Source: Paracoccaceae bacterium (GTDB lineage Bacteria > Pseudomonadota > Alphaproteobacteria > Rhodobacterales > Rhodobacteraceae). Taken from it: a stretch of DNA of 64,000 nucleotides. The DNA is taken from the NCBI GenBank assembly GCA_041594355.1, contig JBFHMM010000001.1, positions 5,872 through 69,871 of the forward strand. Reading direction: 5' to 3'. Both the position numbers and the translations under genes were made by a program. The number at the start of each line of letters is the position of its first letter. The stretch's first letter is position 1. Shown piece after piece: positions 48,954 to 58,267 of this stretch. A model generated the notes under the pieces. That model saw only the letters and a program-made list of their open reading frames with translations, was not told the DNA's origin and searched no databases.

Positions 48954-50161
48954 GCGCCCGGCGTGCAAGAAACCGCAGCGAGGCGGAACCCGGGACCGCC
49001 TTTGCCCGGATCGGCGCTGGCCCGGCCGCAAATCCGGCCCCCGGTCAGGTGGTGCTGGTGCCCGGCGCACATGTGCCGGTGATCGCGCTGGATCTGCCCG
49101 CCGGCGTGCGCGGGGTTCAACGCGAGCGCATTGCCACCCGTGCCCTACGCGACCTGACCGGGCTGGACCCGGCCCGGATCGACATACGGCCCCTCCCCGG
49201 CCCCCGGCCGCAGGCCTGGAGCCGGGTGCTGGTGACCGATCCGGCCCGGCTGGCCGATTGGCGCGCCCGCAGTGCGGGCGCCCGCGCGCTGCTGCCCGAT
49301 TACCTGTCGCTGCCCGCCGCCGAGGGGCTCTGGACCCTGCAGCACCGGGCACCGGAAACCGACGACGCAGATGGCGAAATCCTCGCCCGGCTGGGCACCG
49401 ACGATGGCTTTACCATCGAAACCACCGCCGCCCGGCTGATGCTGGCCGCCGCGCTGCGCGAGGCGCCGCCGCGCGCGGTGCTGTGGATCGGCACACCGCT
49501 TCCGGATCTGGCGGCGCTGTTCGAGGCCGCCGAGCTGCCACAGGTCGACCGGGCCGAGGACGCCACCCGGCACGGGCTGGCCCCGCCATCGGTGCTGGGC
49601 CACGGCGAGGAAAGCTGTGATCTGCGGCAGGATCCCGGACAGGAACGCGACCACCTGCGGCGGCGGCTGCTGCCGTGGCGCTGGTCGGCGCTGGCGGCGA
49701 CGGCGGCGCTGGCTGTCTGGTGCGCGGCGCTGGCGCTGGAAACCCGCCAGCTGCGCGAGCGCACCGCCACCGTCACCGCGCAAACGCTGGAGATGACCCG
49801 GAAGTATTTTATCCCCGCCGGTCCGATCCTGGATATCCGCGCCCAGATCGGCGCCGAAATGGCCAGCCGACAGGCCCGGCTGGGTGTGGCCCGCGACCAG
49901 CGCTCAGGCCTGGACCTGATGAACCGCGCCGCAACCCTGATCGACCGGGCCGAGGCCACCGGCGTCGATGATCTGTCCTATACCGCCGACGGCGGGCTGG
50001 TGGCGCGGCTGCGGGTGCCCGATTACGCCGCCCAGGACCGGCTGGCCGAGACCCTGTCAGCGGGCGGGCTGGCGGTCGAGGTGATCGAATCGGGGCTCAG
50101 CGAGGATGGGGCCGAGGTTCGCGTCGAGATCGCCCTGGCCCTGGCGGAGGACGGCCAATGA
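48950..50161 (+). CDS. gspL: T2SS inner-membrane platform protein L
   Basis: Position K-L-M; LVPG, LLPDYLSLP, DLRQ motif before a single TM segment. Confidence 0.78.
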   Translation: MSARRARNRSEAEPGTAFARIGAGPAANPAPGQVVLVPGAHVPVIALDLPAGVRGVQRERIATRALRDLTGLDPARIDIRPLPGPRPQAWSRVLVTDPARLADWRARSAGARALLPDYLSLPAAEGLWTLQHRAPETDDADGEILARLGTDDGFTIETTAARLMLAAALREAPPRAVLWIGTPLPDLAALFEAAELPQVDRAEDATRHGLAPPSVLGHGEESCDLRQDPGQERDHLRRRLLPWRWSALAATAALAVWCAALALETRQLRERTATVTAQTLEMTRKYFIPAGPILDIRAQIGAEMASRQARLGVARDQRSGLDLMNRAATLIDRAEATGVDDLSYTADGGLVARLRVPDYAAQDRLAETLSAGGLAVEVIESGLSEDGAEVRVEIALALAEDGQ

Positions 50162-50652
50162 CCGACCGGTTGATCTTTGCCCTGCTGGGCCTGACGGGCC
50201 GGGAACGGCTGCTGCTGGCACTGCTGTGCCTGGTGGCGTTGCCGCTGGCGCTGTGGCTGGGCATGGTCGAGCCGCTGCAAGCCCGCCGTGACGCCGCCCG
50301 CAGCGATCTGGCGGCGGCCCGGATCCTGCAGCATTGGGTCAGTGTCCAAGCGGCGGACAGCGCCCGGATCGGCTCCGGCACCACCCCCGCAGAAACCCCG
50401 CCCATCGGCGTTTCCGGCCTTGAACAGAGCCTGATTTCCGCCGGGCTGCGCGATCACGTCAGCGATCTCAGCCGCCGCTCGGGCGACCGGATCGAGCTGC
50501 GTTTCGATGCCGTGCCGTTCTCGGATCTGGGTATCTGGATCAATCGCACCGCCCGCGGCTGGGGGTACGAGATGACCGCCTTTCGCATCCAGCAGGGACC
50601 GGAACCCGGTCTGGCCGAAGCGCGCTTCAGCCTCGCGCCCCGCCAGCCCTGA
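50158..50652 (+). CDS. gspM: T2SS protein M
   Basis: LTGRERLLL + TM + EPL; VPFSDL..W. Confidence 0.85.
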   Translation: MTDRLIFALLGLTGRERLLLALLCLVALPLALWLGMVEPLQARRDAARSDLAAARILQHWVSVQAADSARIGSGTTPAETPPIGVSGLEQSLISAGLRDHVSDLSRRSGDRIELRFDAVPFSDLGIWINRTARGWGYEMTAFRIQQGPEPGLAEARFSLAPRQP

Positions 50653-50670
50653 ACGTGGTCCCGGAGGCCC

Positions 50671-51186
50671 CTAGCCCTGCCCGGACAACTGCGCGTCCAG
50701 CTGCGACTTACGGGCCTTGATGGTGCCGATCTGGTCCAGCTCGGGATGGGTTTTCAAAACCTCGCCCAGAGCTGACTGGGCCGATTTCAGATAGGCCGCG
50801 CCACCCGCCCCGCCGCCGGCCATGCCCAGTTCGTGCTCGGCAGTGCCCTGAACCGCCAGCGCGGCGCTGCGGAAGGTGCCCTTCTGGCTGGTCGCCAGCC
50901 CGCGCGCCTGTTCGGCGGCCTGGGCATACTGGCCATTGCGCAGCAGCGCATGGGCATAGTCCAACCGGAACCGCGCCTCATAGCCGCCCGCCCCGTCCAG
51001 CAGCTGCGCGTAACCGCGCACCGCCTTGTCGTACTTGCCATCCTCCAGCGCCTCGCGGGCGGACAGGTATTGCCGGCGCATGGCGCTGTTGTCGCCGCTG
51101 GTCTCTGTGCAGGCGGTCAGCAGGACGCTGGCGCCAATGCACAGAACACCGGCCGCGACCGGGATCCGAATTCCATGTGTTTTCAT
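50671..51186 (-). CDS. TPR-like lipoprotein inside the T2SS cluster
   Basis: Lipobox LTAC; helical repeats (YLSAREALEDGKYDKA, YAHALLRNGQYAQA). Confidence 0.75.
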   Translation of the reverse strand: MKTHGIRIPVAAGVLCIGASVLLTACTETSGDNSAMRRQYLSAREALEDGKYDKAVRGYAQLLDGAGGYEARFRLDYAHALLRNGQYAQAAEQARGLATSQKGTFRSAALAVQGTAEHELGMAGGGAGGAAYLKSAQSALGEVLKTHPELDQIGTIKARKSQLDAQLSGQG

Positions 51187-51279
51187 GACCTGCTCTTTTG
51201 GTTTTTTCTTTATGTTTATATGAATTGGCCGATCCGGTCTACGCAGCTGATCGCGGTCGCGCCGCATACGGGGAAAACT
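51187..51279. promoter_or_regulatory. AT-rich divergent promoter region (lipoprotein / gspC-D-E-F)
   Basis: tttggttttttctttatgtttatatgaattgg lies between divergent genes. Confidence 0.45.
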
Positions 51280-51744
51280 ATGGCAGTTCGGTTACTCGCA
51301 TTTCTCTGCGCCCTGGCGGCGCTGGCCGGGCTGGCGCTGGCGGCGCGCGACCTGAACCGGGTGCTGCGCGCGCCCGCGCCCGACACCGTTGCCGCGCAGC
51401 CCGGCGGCGCACAGCCGCAGCCCCCAACCCCCGCGCCGCCCGTCCCGCCGGCGCAGGCCTGGCCGCCGTTGTTCGGCACGCTGGTGGTGCCTGAACCGCA
51501 GCCACCGACGCCGCCGCAACCCCCCGCCCCACCGGCGCCGCCGCTGTCCAGCCTGGGTTTCACGCTGAAAGGCACGGCCACGCTGAACGGCGAAACCTGG
51601 GCGATCCTGGCACACCCCACCGGCGAACGGATCCTGCGGGTGGGCGACTTGCTGGCCGAGGGGCTGCAGGTCGTGGCGATCGACGACAGCGGGCTCTGGG
51701 TTGGTAGAAACGGTGGCCGCGAAGTGCTGGAATTCTCGCAATAG
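51280..51744 (+). CDS. GspC-like T2SS protein (TM, Pro-rich linker, HR-like domain, no PDZ)
   Basis: N-terminal TM, PLFG, Pro-rich linker, LKGT...WAIL...RVGD.L.EG..V..I. Upstream of the secretin. Confidence 0.7.
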   Translation: MAVRLLAFLCALAALAGLALAARDLNRVLRAPAPDTVAAQPGGAQPQPPTPAPPVPPAQAWPPLFGTLVVPEPQPPTPPQPPAPPAPPLSSLGFTLKGTATLNGETWAILAHPTGERILRVGDLLAEGLQVVAIDDSGLWVGRNGGREVLEFSQ

Positions 51745-51928
51745 AGCCATATTCCGCCGCAGCGGCGGCACGCAGGCCACAACCCCGCACCCCGCGCATG
51801 CCGGGGCATCATAGCCGTATGCTTTTGCCCGCAACTGGGCTAAACTGCGCTCATAATCAGAGCGGAACGACCCGTGAACCGGGCGGAACAAGACCAAAAG
51901 AAACAAGAAGACAGGCGGATCCACATAG

Positions 51929-53899
51929 ATGACTTGGCTGGCAAGGCTGCACGCCACCCTGATGACGGGTAGGGCGGCAACGGTTCCGGTGCTGATCCTA
52001 ATGGCCCTACTGGCCATCGCTCCCGCCGGGCCGGCGCGGGCCCAGGTCGAACTGGACCTGCGCGATGCCGACCTGCGCAGTTTCGTCACCATCGTCGCCG
52101 ACGCCACCGGGCGCGGCTTTGTGCTGGACCCGCAGGTGCGCGGCACGGTCACCGTGCTGGCCCCCGACGGGCTGCCGTCCGATGCGCTCTACGAAGTCTT
52201 CCTGAACGTGCTGGAGCTGAACCGGCTGACCGTGGTCGAAGGCCGCGGCGCCGACCGTATCGTGCCGCTGTCCTCGGCCCGCGAACTGTCCGGGGCCAGC
52301 GGCACCGTAGAGCTGGATGGCGGCTTCGAGACCCGGGTGATCGAAGTGCGCAACGCGCCGCTGCAGGAGGTGGTCGAGGTGATCCGCCCGCTGTTGCCTT
52401 CCGAGGCCGTGCTGACCGCGATCCCCCGCGCCCGCCTGCTGGTGCTGTCGGACCGGGGCGAGAATTTCCGCCGTATCGAGGCTCTGATCCGGCGGCTGGA
52501 CCAGCCCCGCGCGCAGTTAGTCACCATGGTGCCGCTCTATAACGCGCGCGCCGATGACGTCTATCAGGTGGTGCAGTCGCTCAACATCATCCCCCCGGAC
52601 GCCTCGGTCACCGTCGATCGCCGGTCGAACGCGCTGGTGGTGGCAGGTTCGGCCAGCCTGGCCGACCAGATCCGGGTGCTGGTCGAACGGCTCGATACCC
52701 GCGATGTCGGCATCGCATCGGCGGTGGAGACGTTGAAATACGCCGACGCCACCGCGCTGGCCGACGTGATCCTGCGCAGCTTTACCGGCCAGCAGCAGGT
52801 TTCCGGCAGCGAGGAAACCATCTCTATCGTGCCCGATCTGGCCACCAATTCGCTGTTGATCACCGCGCCCGCCGACAAGATCCAGAACATCCTCGCGATG
52901 ACCCGCCACCTGGACCGCCGCCCGAAACAGGTGCTGGTCGAGGCGGTGGTCTTCGAGATGTCGGTCGAAGGGTTCTCCGATCTCACCGTGCAGTTCGGCG
53001 CCGTGGTCAACAACGCCATCATCGGCGGGGTCGAATTCGACCTGGCCGGCCGCCCCACCCTGACCAGCCTGCTGACGGCGGCGGCCAACGGCGAGCCGAT
53101 CTCGCCCGGGACTGGCGGCACCATCGGCGGCGGCACCCAGAACGGCGATGACGCCATCGCGGGCTTTCTGTCGGCCGTGGCCACAACCAATTCCACCCGT
53201 CTGCTGGCAACCCCTTCGATCATGACCCTGAACAACCAGGAAGCCGAGATCGTCGTCGCCCAGAACGTGCCCTTTGTCACCGGATCCTATTCCACCGTCG
53301 GCGACACCAACAATCCCGAGAACCCGTTCCAGACCATCGAGCGCGAAAATGTGGGTCTGACATTGCGCGTCACGCCGCAGGTGACCGGCGACGACACCGT
53401 GCGCATGACCCTGGAACAAGAGGTGTCGCGGCTGACCAACAACACCGCCGCCTCGGGCGGCGAGATCACCCAGCGCCGCGCCCTGACCTCGACCGTTCTG
53501 GTGCGTGACGGCAATGTGGTGATGCTGGGCGGGCTGCTCGAGGATACCTCGGTCTCGCAATCCCAGCGGGTGCCGACGATTTCGGAAATCCCGGTGGTCG
53601 GCGCGCTGTTTCGCGGCAAGAACGCCCGCGAAGACCAGCGCATCCTGCTGGTGATGCTGCGCCCCCGCGTGGTCAGCAACGACGCCGAGGCCAAGCGGCT
53701 GGCGGATCAGGCCGCCCGCGACGCCCGCCGCGCCACCCGCGCGCTGCAGCCCGACAACCGTGATCAATTTCCCAAAACACCCAGCGGGCTGTTCCCCTAT
53801 GCTGATGGCGATCTGAACCTGCCGTTTGATTCGGGCTTTATCGACGATGTCGCACAAAGCAGAACCCTCCCGCCGCTCCCGCCCCGGCTTGACTTCTGA
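51929..53899 (+). CDS. gspD: T2SS secretin
   Basis: DADLRSFV..VA..TG..FVLDPQVRGTVTV, QVLVEAVVFE, LATPSIMTLNNQEA, VGLTLRVTPQ, IPVVGALF. Confidence 0.96.
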   Translation: MTWLARLHATLMTGRAATVPVLILMALLAIAPAGPARAQVELDLRDADLRSFVTIVADATGRGFVLDPQVRGTVTVLAPDGLPSDALYEVFLNVLELNRLTVVEGRGADRIVPLSSARELSGASGTVELDGGFETRVIEVRNAPLQEVVEVIRPLLPSEAVLTAIPRARLLVLSDRGENFRRIEALIRRLDQPRAQLVTMVPLYNARADDVYQVVQSLNIIPPDASVTVDRRSNALVVAGSASLADQIRVLVERLDTRDVGIASAVETLKYADATALADVILRSFTGQQQVSGSEETISIVPDLATNSLLITAPADKIQNILAMTRHLDRRPKQVLVEAVVFEMSVEGFSDLTVQFGAVVNNAIIGGVEFDLAGRPTLTSLLTAAANGEPISPGTGGTIGGGTQNGDDAIAGFLSAVATTNSTRLLATPSIMTLNNQEAEIVVAQNVPFVTGSYSTVGDTNNPENPFQTIERENVGLTLRVTPQVTGDDTVRMTLEQEVSRLTNNTAASGGEITQRRALTSTVLVRDGNVVMLGGLLEDTSVSQSQRVPTISEIPVVGALFRGKNAREDQRILLVMLRPRVVSNDAEAKRLADQAARDARRATRALQPDNRDQFPKTPSGLFPYADGDLNLPFDSGFIDDVAQSRTLPPLPPRLDF

Positions 53900-55361
53900 A
53901 CCGCTCCCCGGCGGCGAGGCCCCCCGCCTGCCCTTTGCCTTTGCCCGCGACCAGCAGGTGCTGCTCGACGGTCCCCGGCTGATTGCCGGGCCCGCCGCCA
54001 CGGCCCTGGGCCTGCGCGAGGCGCGCCGCAGGGCCGGGCAGCCGCTGCAGCTGATCGAAGAACCGCAGGACCTGTTCGACCTGGCCCTGACCCGGCTCTA
54101 TCAAAGCGATCCGACGGATCAGACCGCCCCCGAGCTGACCTTCGATCTGGAAGACAGCGCCAGCACGACAGGCCACCGCGACCTGCTGGACGAGGTCGAG
54201 GACGCCCCGGTGATCGAGATGGTCAACCAGCTGCTGCGCCGGGCGGTTCAGGCCGGCGCCTCGGACCTGCATGTGGAACCGCATGAAACCGGGCTGCGGG
54301 TCCGGATGCGCCGCGACGGGTTCCTGCAGACGGTGATGGACCGTCACGACGTCCCCGTGCGCCGCATCCTGTCACGGCTCAAGGTGATGGCAGGGCTGGA
54401 TATCGCCGAAACCCGGCTGCCGCAGGACGGGCGCATTCCGCTGCGCATGGGCGGGCGGCAGATCGACACGCGGGTGTCCACCATGCCAGGCAGCTACGGC
54501 GAACGCATCGTGCTGCGGATCCTCGACCGCTCCACCGGGCTGGTGCCGCTGGACCAGCTGGGCCTGAAGCCGGAACAGATCGACATGCTGGAACGGCTCT
54601 CGGCGCTGCCCAACGGCATCATCCTGGCCACCGGGCCAACCGGCTCGGGCAAGACCACGACGCTTTATTCGCTGCTGAAACTGTCGGACCTGCACCAGCG
54701 CAACATCGTCACCGTCGAGGACCCGATCGAATATGACCTGCCGCAGGCCTCGCAGACCCAGATCAACGCCGAAATCGGCATGACCTTTGCCGCCGGGCTG
54801 CGCGCCACCCTGCGCCAGGACCCCGATGTGATTCTGGTGGGCGAGGTCCGAGACGCGGAAACCGCCACCACCGCCGCGCAGGCGGCGCTGACCGGGCACC
54901 TGGTGTTCTCCTCGCTGCACGCCAATGGGTCGGTGGGGGCGATCACCCGGTTGCGCGACCTGGGCCTGGACGATTTCCTGATCGCCTCGACCCTGCGGGC
55001 GGTGATCGCCCAGCGGCTGCTGCGCCGGCTCTGCCCCGATTGCAAGACATCGCACCCCCCCACCCCGGCGGAACAGGCGCATTTCGCCCGGCTGGGCGTG
55101 CCCGCCCCGGCACAGGTCCACGCCCCCGAAGGCTGCGACGCCTGCAGCGGCACCGGCTACCGCAGCCGGGTCGGCATCTTTGAAATGATCGAGGTCGACG
55201 AGACCCTGCGCAGCGCCGTCGATCGCGGGGCCTCCGAGGCCGAACTGAAGGGGCTGGCGCTGTCCCAGTCCGACACGCTGATGGGTCAGGGACTGGCCCA
55301 GGTAGCCAATGGCGCCACCAGCCTGGCCGAAACCCTGCGCGTGGTCGGGGACAGCGTGTGA
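53847..55361 (+). CDS. gspE: T2SS ATPase
   Basis: ASDLHVEP, PQDGRI, Walker A GPTGSGKTT, TVEDPIE, LRQDPDVILVGEVRD, Zn motif CPDC...CDAC. Start approximate. Confidence 0.96.
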   Translation: MSHKAEPSRRSRPGLTSEPLPGGEAPRLPFAFARDQQVLLDGPRLIAGPAATALGLREARRRAGQPLQLIEEPQDLFDLALTRLYQSDPTDQTAPELTFDLEDSASTTGHRDLLDEVEDAPVIEMVNQLLRRAVQAGASDLHVEPHETGLRVRMRRDGFLQTVMDRHDVPVRRILSRLKVMAGLDIAETRLPQDGRIPLRMGGRQIDTRVSTMPGSYGERIVLRILDRSTGLVPLDQLGLKPEQIDMLERLSALPNGIILATGPTGSGKTTTLYSLLKLSDLHQRNIVTVEDPIEYDLPQASQTQINAEIGMTFAAGLRATLRQDPDVILVGEVRDAETATTAAQAALTGHLVFSSLHANGSVGAITRLRDLGLDDFLIASTLRAVIAQRLLRRLCPDCKTSHPPTPAEQAHFARLGVPAPAQVHAPEGCDACSGTGYRSRVGIFEMIEVDETLRSAVDRGASEAELKGLALSQSDTLMGQGLAQVANGATSLAETLRVVGDSV

Positions 55362-56578
55362 AAGCTTTTGCCTATACCGCCTTCACCGCCGAGGGGCGGC
55401 GCAAATCCGGCAGCCTGATTGCCGAAAGCGAGGCCGACGCCACCCGCCAGCTCAAATCCCGGGGCCTGTTTGTCTCCGATCTGCGCGCGCGCAGCAGTCG
55501 GCGGACATCGGGACGCGGCAAAGGGTTTTCCCGCCGCCACCGGCTGAACGCCGATCTGCAGGCGGTGTTCACCCGCCAGATGGCGGTTCTGCTCGGCGCC
55601 GGGCTGACCAGCGAATACGCGCTCGAAGCGGTGCGCTCCGCAGGCAGCAGCCCGGCGATGGAAGGGCTGGCCACCACCGCCAAGGCGGCGCTGCTGGACG
55701 GCCAGCCGCTGTCCGAAGCGCTGGAGGGCAGCGGCGCGGGCTTCGCTCCCTATTACATCGCGTCGATCCGGGCGGCCGAGAATTCCGGTGACGTCGGCGA
55801 GGTCTTTGCCCGGCTCGCCGATCATCTCGAAACCACGGGCATCGACCGCGCACAGGTCTCGACCGCGCTGATGTACCCGATGTTCGTGGCCGGCGTGTCG
55901 GTGCTGGTCTGCATCATCCTGATGACCACCGTGGCCCCGGAAATCGTGTTGATGTTCGAAGGCTCCGGTCGCCCGATGCCGCCCCTGACGGTGGCCATGC
56001 TCACGGTCAGCGACTGGATGTCGGCCAACTGGGTGCAGCTGCTCGGCGCTCTGACAGCAGCCTTGGTGACCTATCTGCTGGCCATGCGCGTGCAGACATT
56101 CCGCGACCGACGCGACGGGCTGCTGCTGCGGCTGCCCCTGGTGGGCAGCCTGATGCGGCAATCGGCAGCGGTGCAGTATCTGCGCACGCTTGCGCTGGTG
56201 CTGACCAGCCGCCACGCTGTGGTGGGCGCGGTCGACAGCGCTGCGGGCGTCCTGACCGTGACCCGGTTCCGGCGCGAAGCCGCCGCGGTATCGGACGTGG
56301 TGCAGGCCGGCGCACGGCTGTCCGACGCGGTCGCCGAACTCACGATCATCCCCCCCGTAGTGCGCCAGCTGATGAGCGTCGGCGAACAATCGGCCAACCT
56401 GGCCCGCATGACCGAACGCAGCGCCATACTGGTGGAAAACAACCTGCGCAATGAACGCAAACGCATCGCCGCATTGTTAGAGCCGGTTCTGATGATGGTC
56501 GTGGGCGGTGGTGTTCTGGTGATCGTGCTGTCGGTGCTGCTGCCGATCTTTGATCTGCAGTTCATCGTGACAGGCTGA
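55358..56578 (+). CDS. gspF: T2SS inner-membrane protein F
   Basis: F.Y.A, FTRQMAVLL.AG, AE.SG, LMYP, GEQS, LLEP...LLPIF. Confidence 0.94.
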   Translation: MKAFAYTAFTAEGRRKSGSLIAESEADATRQLKSRGLFVSDLRARSSRRTSGRGKGFSRRHRLNADLQAVFTRQMAVLLGAGLTSEYALEAVRSAGSSPAMEGLATTAKAALLDGQPLSEALEGSGAGFAPYYIASIRAAENSGDVGEVFARLADHLETTGIDRAQVSTALMYPMFVAGVSVLVCIILMTTVAPEIVLMFEGSGRPMPPLTVAMLTVSDWMSANWVQLLGALTAALVTYLLAMRVQTFRDRRDGLLLRLPLVGSLMRQSAAVQYLRTLALVLTSRHAVVGAVDSAAGVLTVTRFRREAAAVSDVVQAGARLSDAVAELTIIPPVVRQLMSVGEQSANLARMTERSAILVENNLRNERKRIAALLEPVLMMVVGGGVLVIVLSVLLPIFDLQFIVTG

Positions 56579-56583
56579 GATAA

Positions 56584-56735
56584 AGGGGGCTCTGCCCCCG
56601 CCGCCAGAGGCGGCTCCCCCGGGATATTTCCAAACAGAAGAAGCCAGAGGTATGCTGCTTCTTCTGTTCCAAAATATCTCAGGGAGTTTGAGGGACAGCG
56701 TCCCTCATCAAAAATGGAATGCGCCGAAGGCGCGC
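56584..56735. repeat. Composite palindromic (REP/REPIN-like) extragenic element
   Basis: Hairpins GGGGGC-TCT-GCCCCC and GCCGCC-AGA-GGCGGC; imperfect 24-bp inverted arms at 56621-56644 and 56657-56680; TGAGGGAC-AGC-GTCCCTCA; GCGCC-GAA-GGCGC. Lies between convergent genes. Confidence 0.75.
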
Positions 56736-56750
56736 AGTATGGAAACGGTG

Positions 56751-57533
56751 TCAGACCTTCAGGCCCAAAGCCTCGATCAGGTCTGTATCGGCGGTCACAA
56801 AGTCCTCCAGCCGTCGCGCGGCGGCGTCACTGCCCAGACGGTCGAGCAGCTTTGGCCAACGTGCCTCGTCCGGCTCGATCATGCCCTGATTGACATAGGT
56901 CTCGGTGACCGAAATCTCGGCGCCGTAGCGGTCCGCGATGTCCCGTTCCAGCGCGCCCAGGTCCAGGGTCGAATAGATCCTGTCGAACAGCGGCAGGTTC
57001 TTTTGCGCCGCCGCGACCTTTTCCGCACTGCTCAGCGCCTGCATCTGCTGGTAGCCCCGCATTTTGCGGGTGGCGAAATAGCTGCAGTAGAAATTATCGT
57101 AGTGGTCGTGGATGAACCGCTGGAACCCGGGGTTGCCGCCAAAAAAGTAATCCTCGGCCGAACAGCGCAGCAACCGTTTCTTGCCCGCGTGTTGCGGCAG
57201 GTCCAGATCCTCTTCGCTGAGCGCCTGCGCCTCTTTCATCAGGAAAAAGTAGAACGAGGCGATCCGTTCGCAAGGGTCGCGCAGAACAGAGAACACAAAG
57301 CGGCTTTCGGGCAGGGTTTCCAGCTCGGACCAGTCCAGATGTCCGGAATAGAGACTGTATCCCGGCGGCATCTGCGGCGCGTCGCCTGGGACCTGGGTAT
57401 GCACCCGGATCGGGCTGACCTGCGTCTCCCCCACCACCTGGACCAGGGCATTGTGAATGGTCTGTCCCGCGGTCTTGGGGATATGCAGGAATACGATCGG
57501 CGCAGTGGCGTCGGCAGGGGTCGTCAGGTTCAC
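56751..57533 (-). CDS. Sulfotransferase (family 2-like)
   Basis: [29 protein letters not shown]. Confidence 0.85.
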   Translation of the reverse strand: MNLTTPADATAPIVFLHIPKTAGQTIHNALVQVVGETQVSPIRVHTQVPGDAPQMPPGYSLYSGHLDWSELETLPESRFVFSVLRDPCERIASFYFFLMKEAQALSEEDLDLPQHAGKKRLLRCSAEDYFFGGNPGFQRFIHDHYDNFYCSYFATRKMRGYQQMQALSSAEKVAAAQKNLPLFDRIYSTLDLGALERDIADRYGAEISVTETYVNQGMIEPDEARWPKLLDRLGSDAAARRLEDFVTADTDLIEALGLKV

Positions 57534-58267
57534 TTCGCCAAAACCTCTTCGCGCAGATCGAACACATCAGGTTCAAACACCGGTTCACCCTTCATTTCCT
57601 GCACACCGGAGAGGAAGATCTGCGGCCTGGCCGGATCCAGGTGTTGTAGTTGCCAGGGGGCGAACCGCCACCAGCGGACCCGCAGCATCGCGGAAATCAA
57701 AGTCGGTGCGATGCGCCATTTCTTGATGACCGCCGGGTTACCGGCCACCACCGCATAGGGCGGCACGTCTTTGGACACCACGGCATTGGCCGCCACCACG
57801 GCGCCGTCGCCGATGGTCACACCGGCCGCGATATAGGCCCCGTGGCCGATCCAGACGTCATTGCCGATGGTGGTGATCCGGGCACGTGTCGCCGGACCCG
57901 TGTGGTCGAACTTGTAGCTGTGATAGTCGTCGGCGCCGGTAAAGCCGCTGCCCAGATCGAACAACCGGTCCCCGAGATAGAAGGCCGGCGAGGTCGAGAC
58001 CCAGTCCATCGGGTGGTTTTGCCGCCCGATCTGGACCTCTTCTCCGAACGAACAATAGCGGCCGATCCGGGCGCCGAAACAATGGCCCGACACCTGGTAG
58101 GAAAACGCGCCCAACTCGATGGAATGTTCGTATTGGGTCCATTTGAGCGACCCCGGCGCCTCGAGCACCGTGTGCCGGGGCAGGGTCACGGTCTTGGCGC
58201 TCCCACGTGGCAAAATCTCGATTCCGGCTTTCCTTAACCGCTCATAAGAGACGTCTAACCTGTTCAT
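57530..58267 (-). CDS. CatB/XAT-related O-acetyltransferase (hexapeptide repeat)
   Basis: [40 protein letters not shown]. Polysaccharide context. Confidence 0.88.
   Translation of the reverse strand: MNRLDVSYERLRKAGIEILPRGSAKTVTLPRHTVLEAPGSLKWTQYEHSIELGAFSYQVSGHCFGARIGRYCSFGEEVQIGRQNHPMDWVSTSPAFYLGDRLFDLGSGFTGADDYHSYKFDHTGPATRARITTIGNDVWIGHGAYIAAGVTIGDGAVVAANAVVSKDVPPYAVVAGNPAVIKKWRIAPTLISAMLRVRWWRFAPWQLQHLDPARPQIFLSGVQEMKGEPVFEPDVFDLREEVLAK

Noticed and set aside
57530-58267. Chloramphenicol/streptogramin resistance gene (catB/vat)
   Set aside because: Same fold, but translationally coupled between a glycosyltransferase and a sulfotransferase; glycan O-acetylation is more parsimonious.
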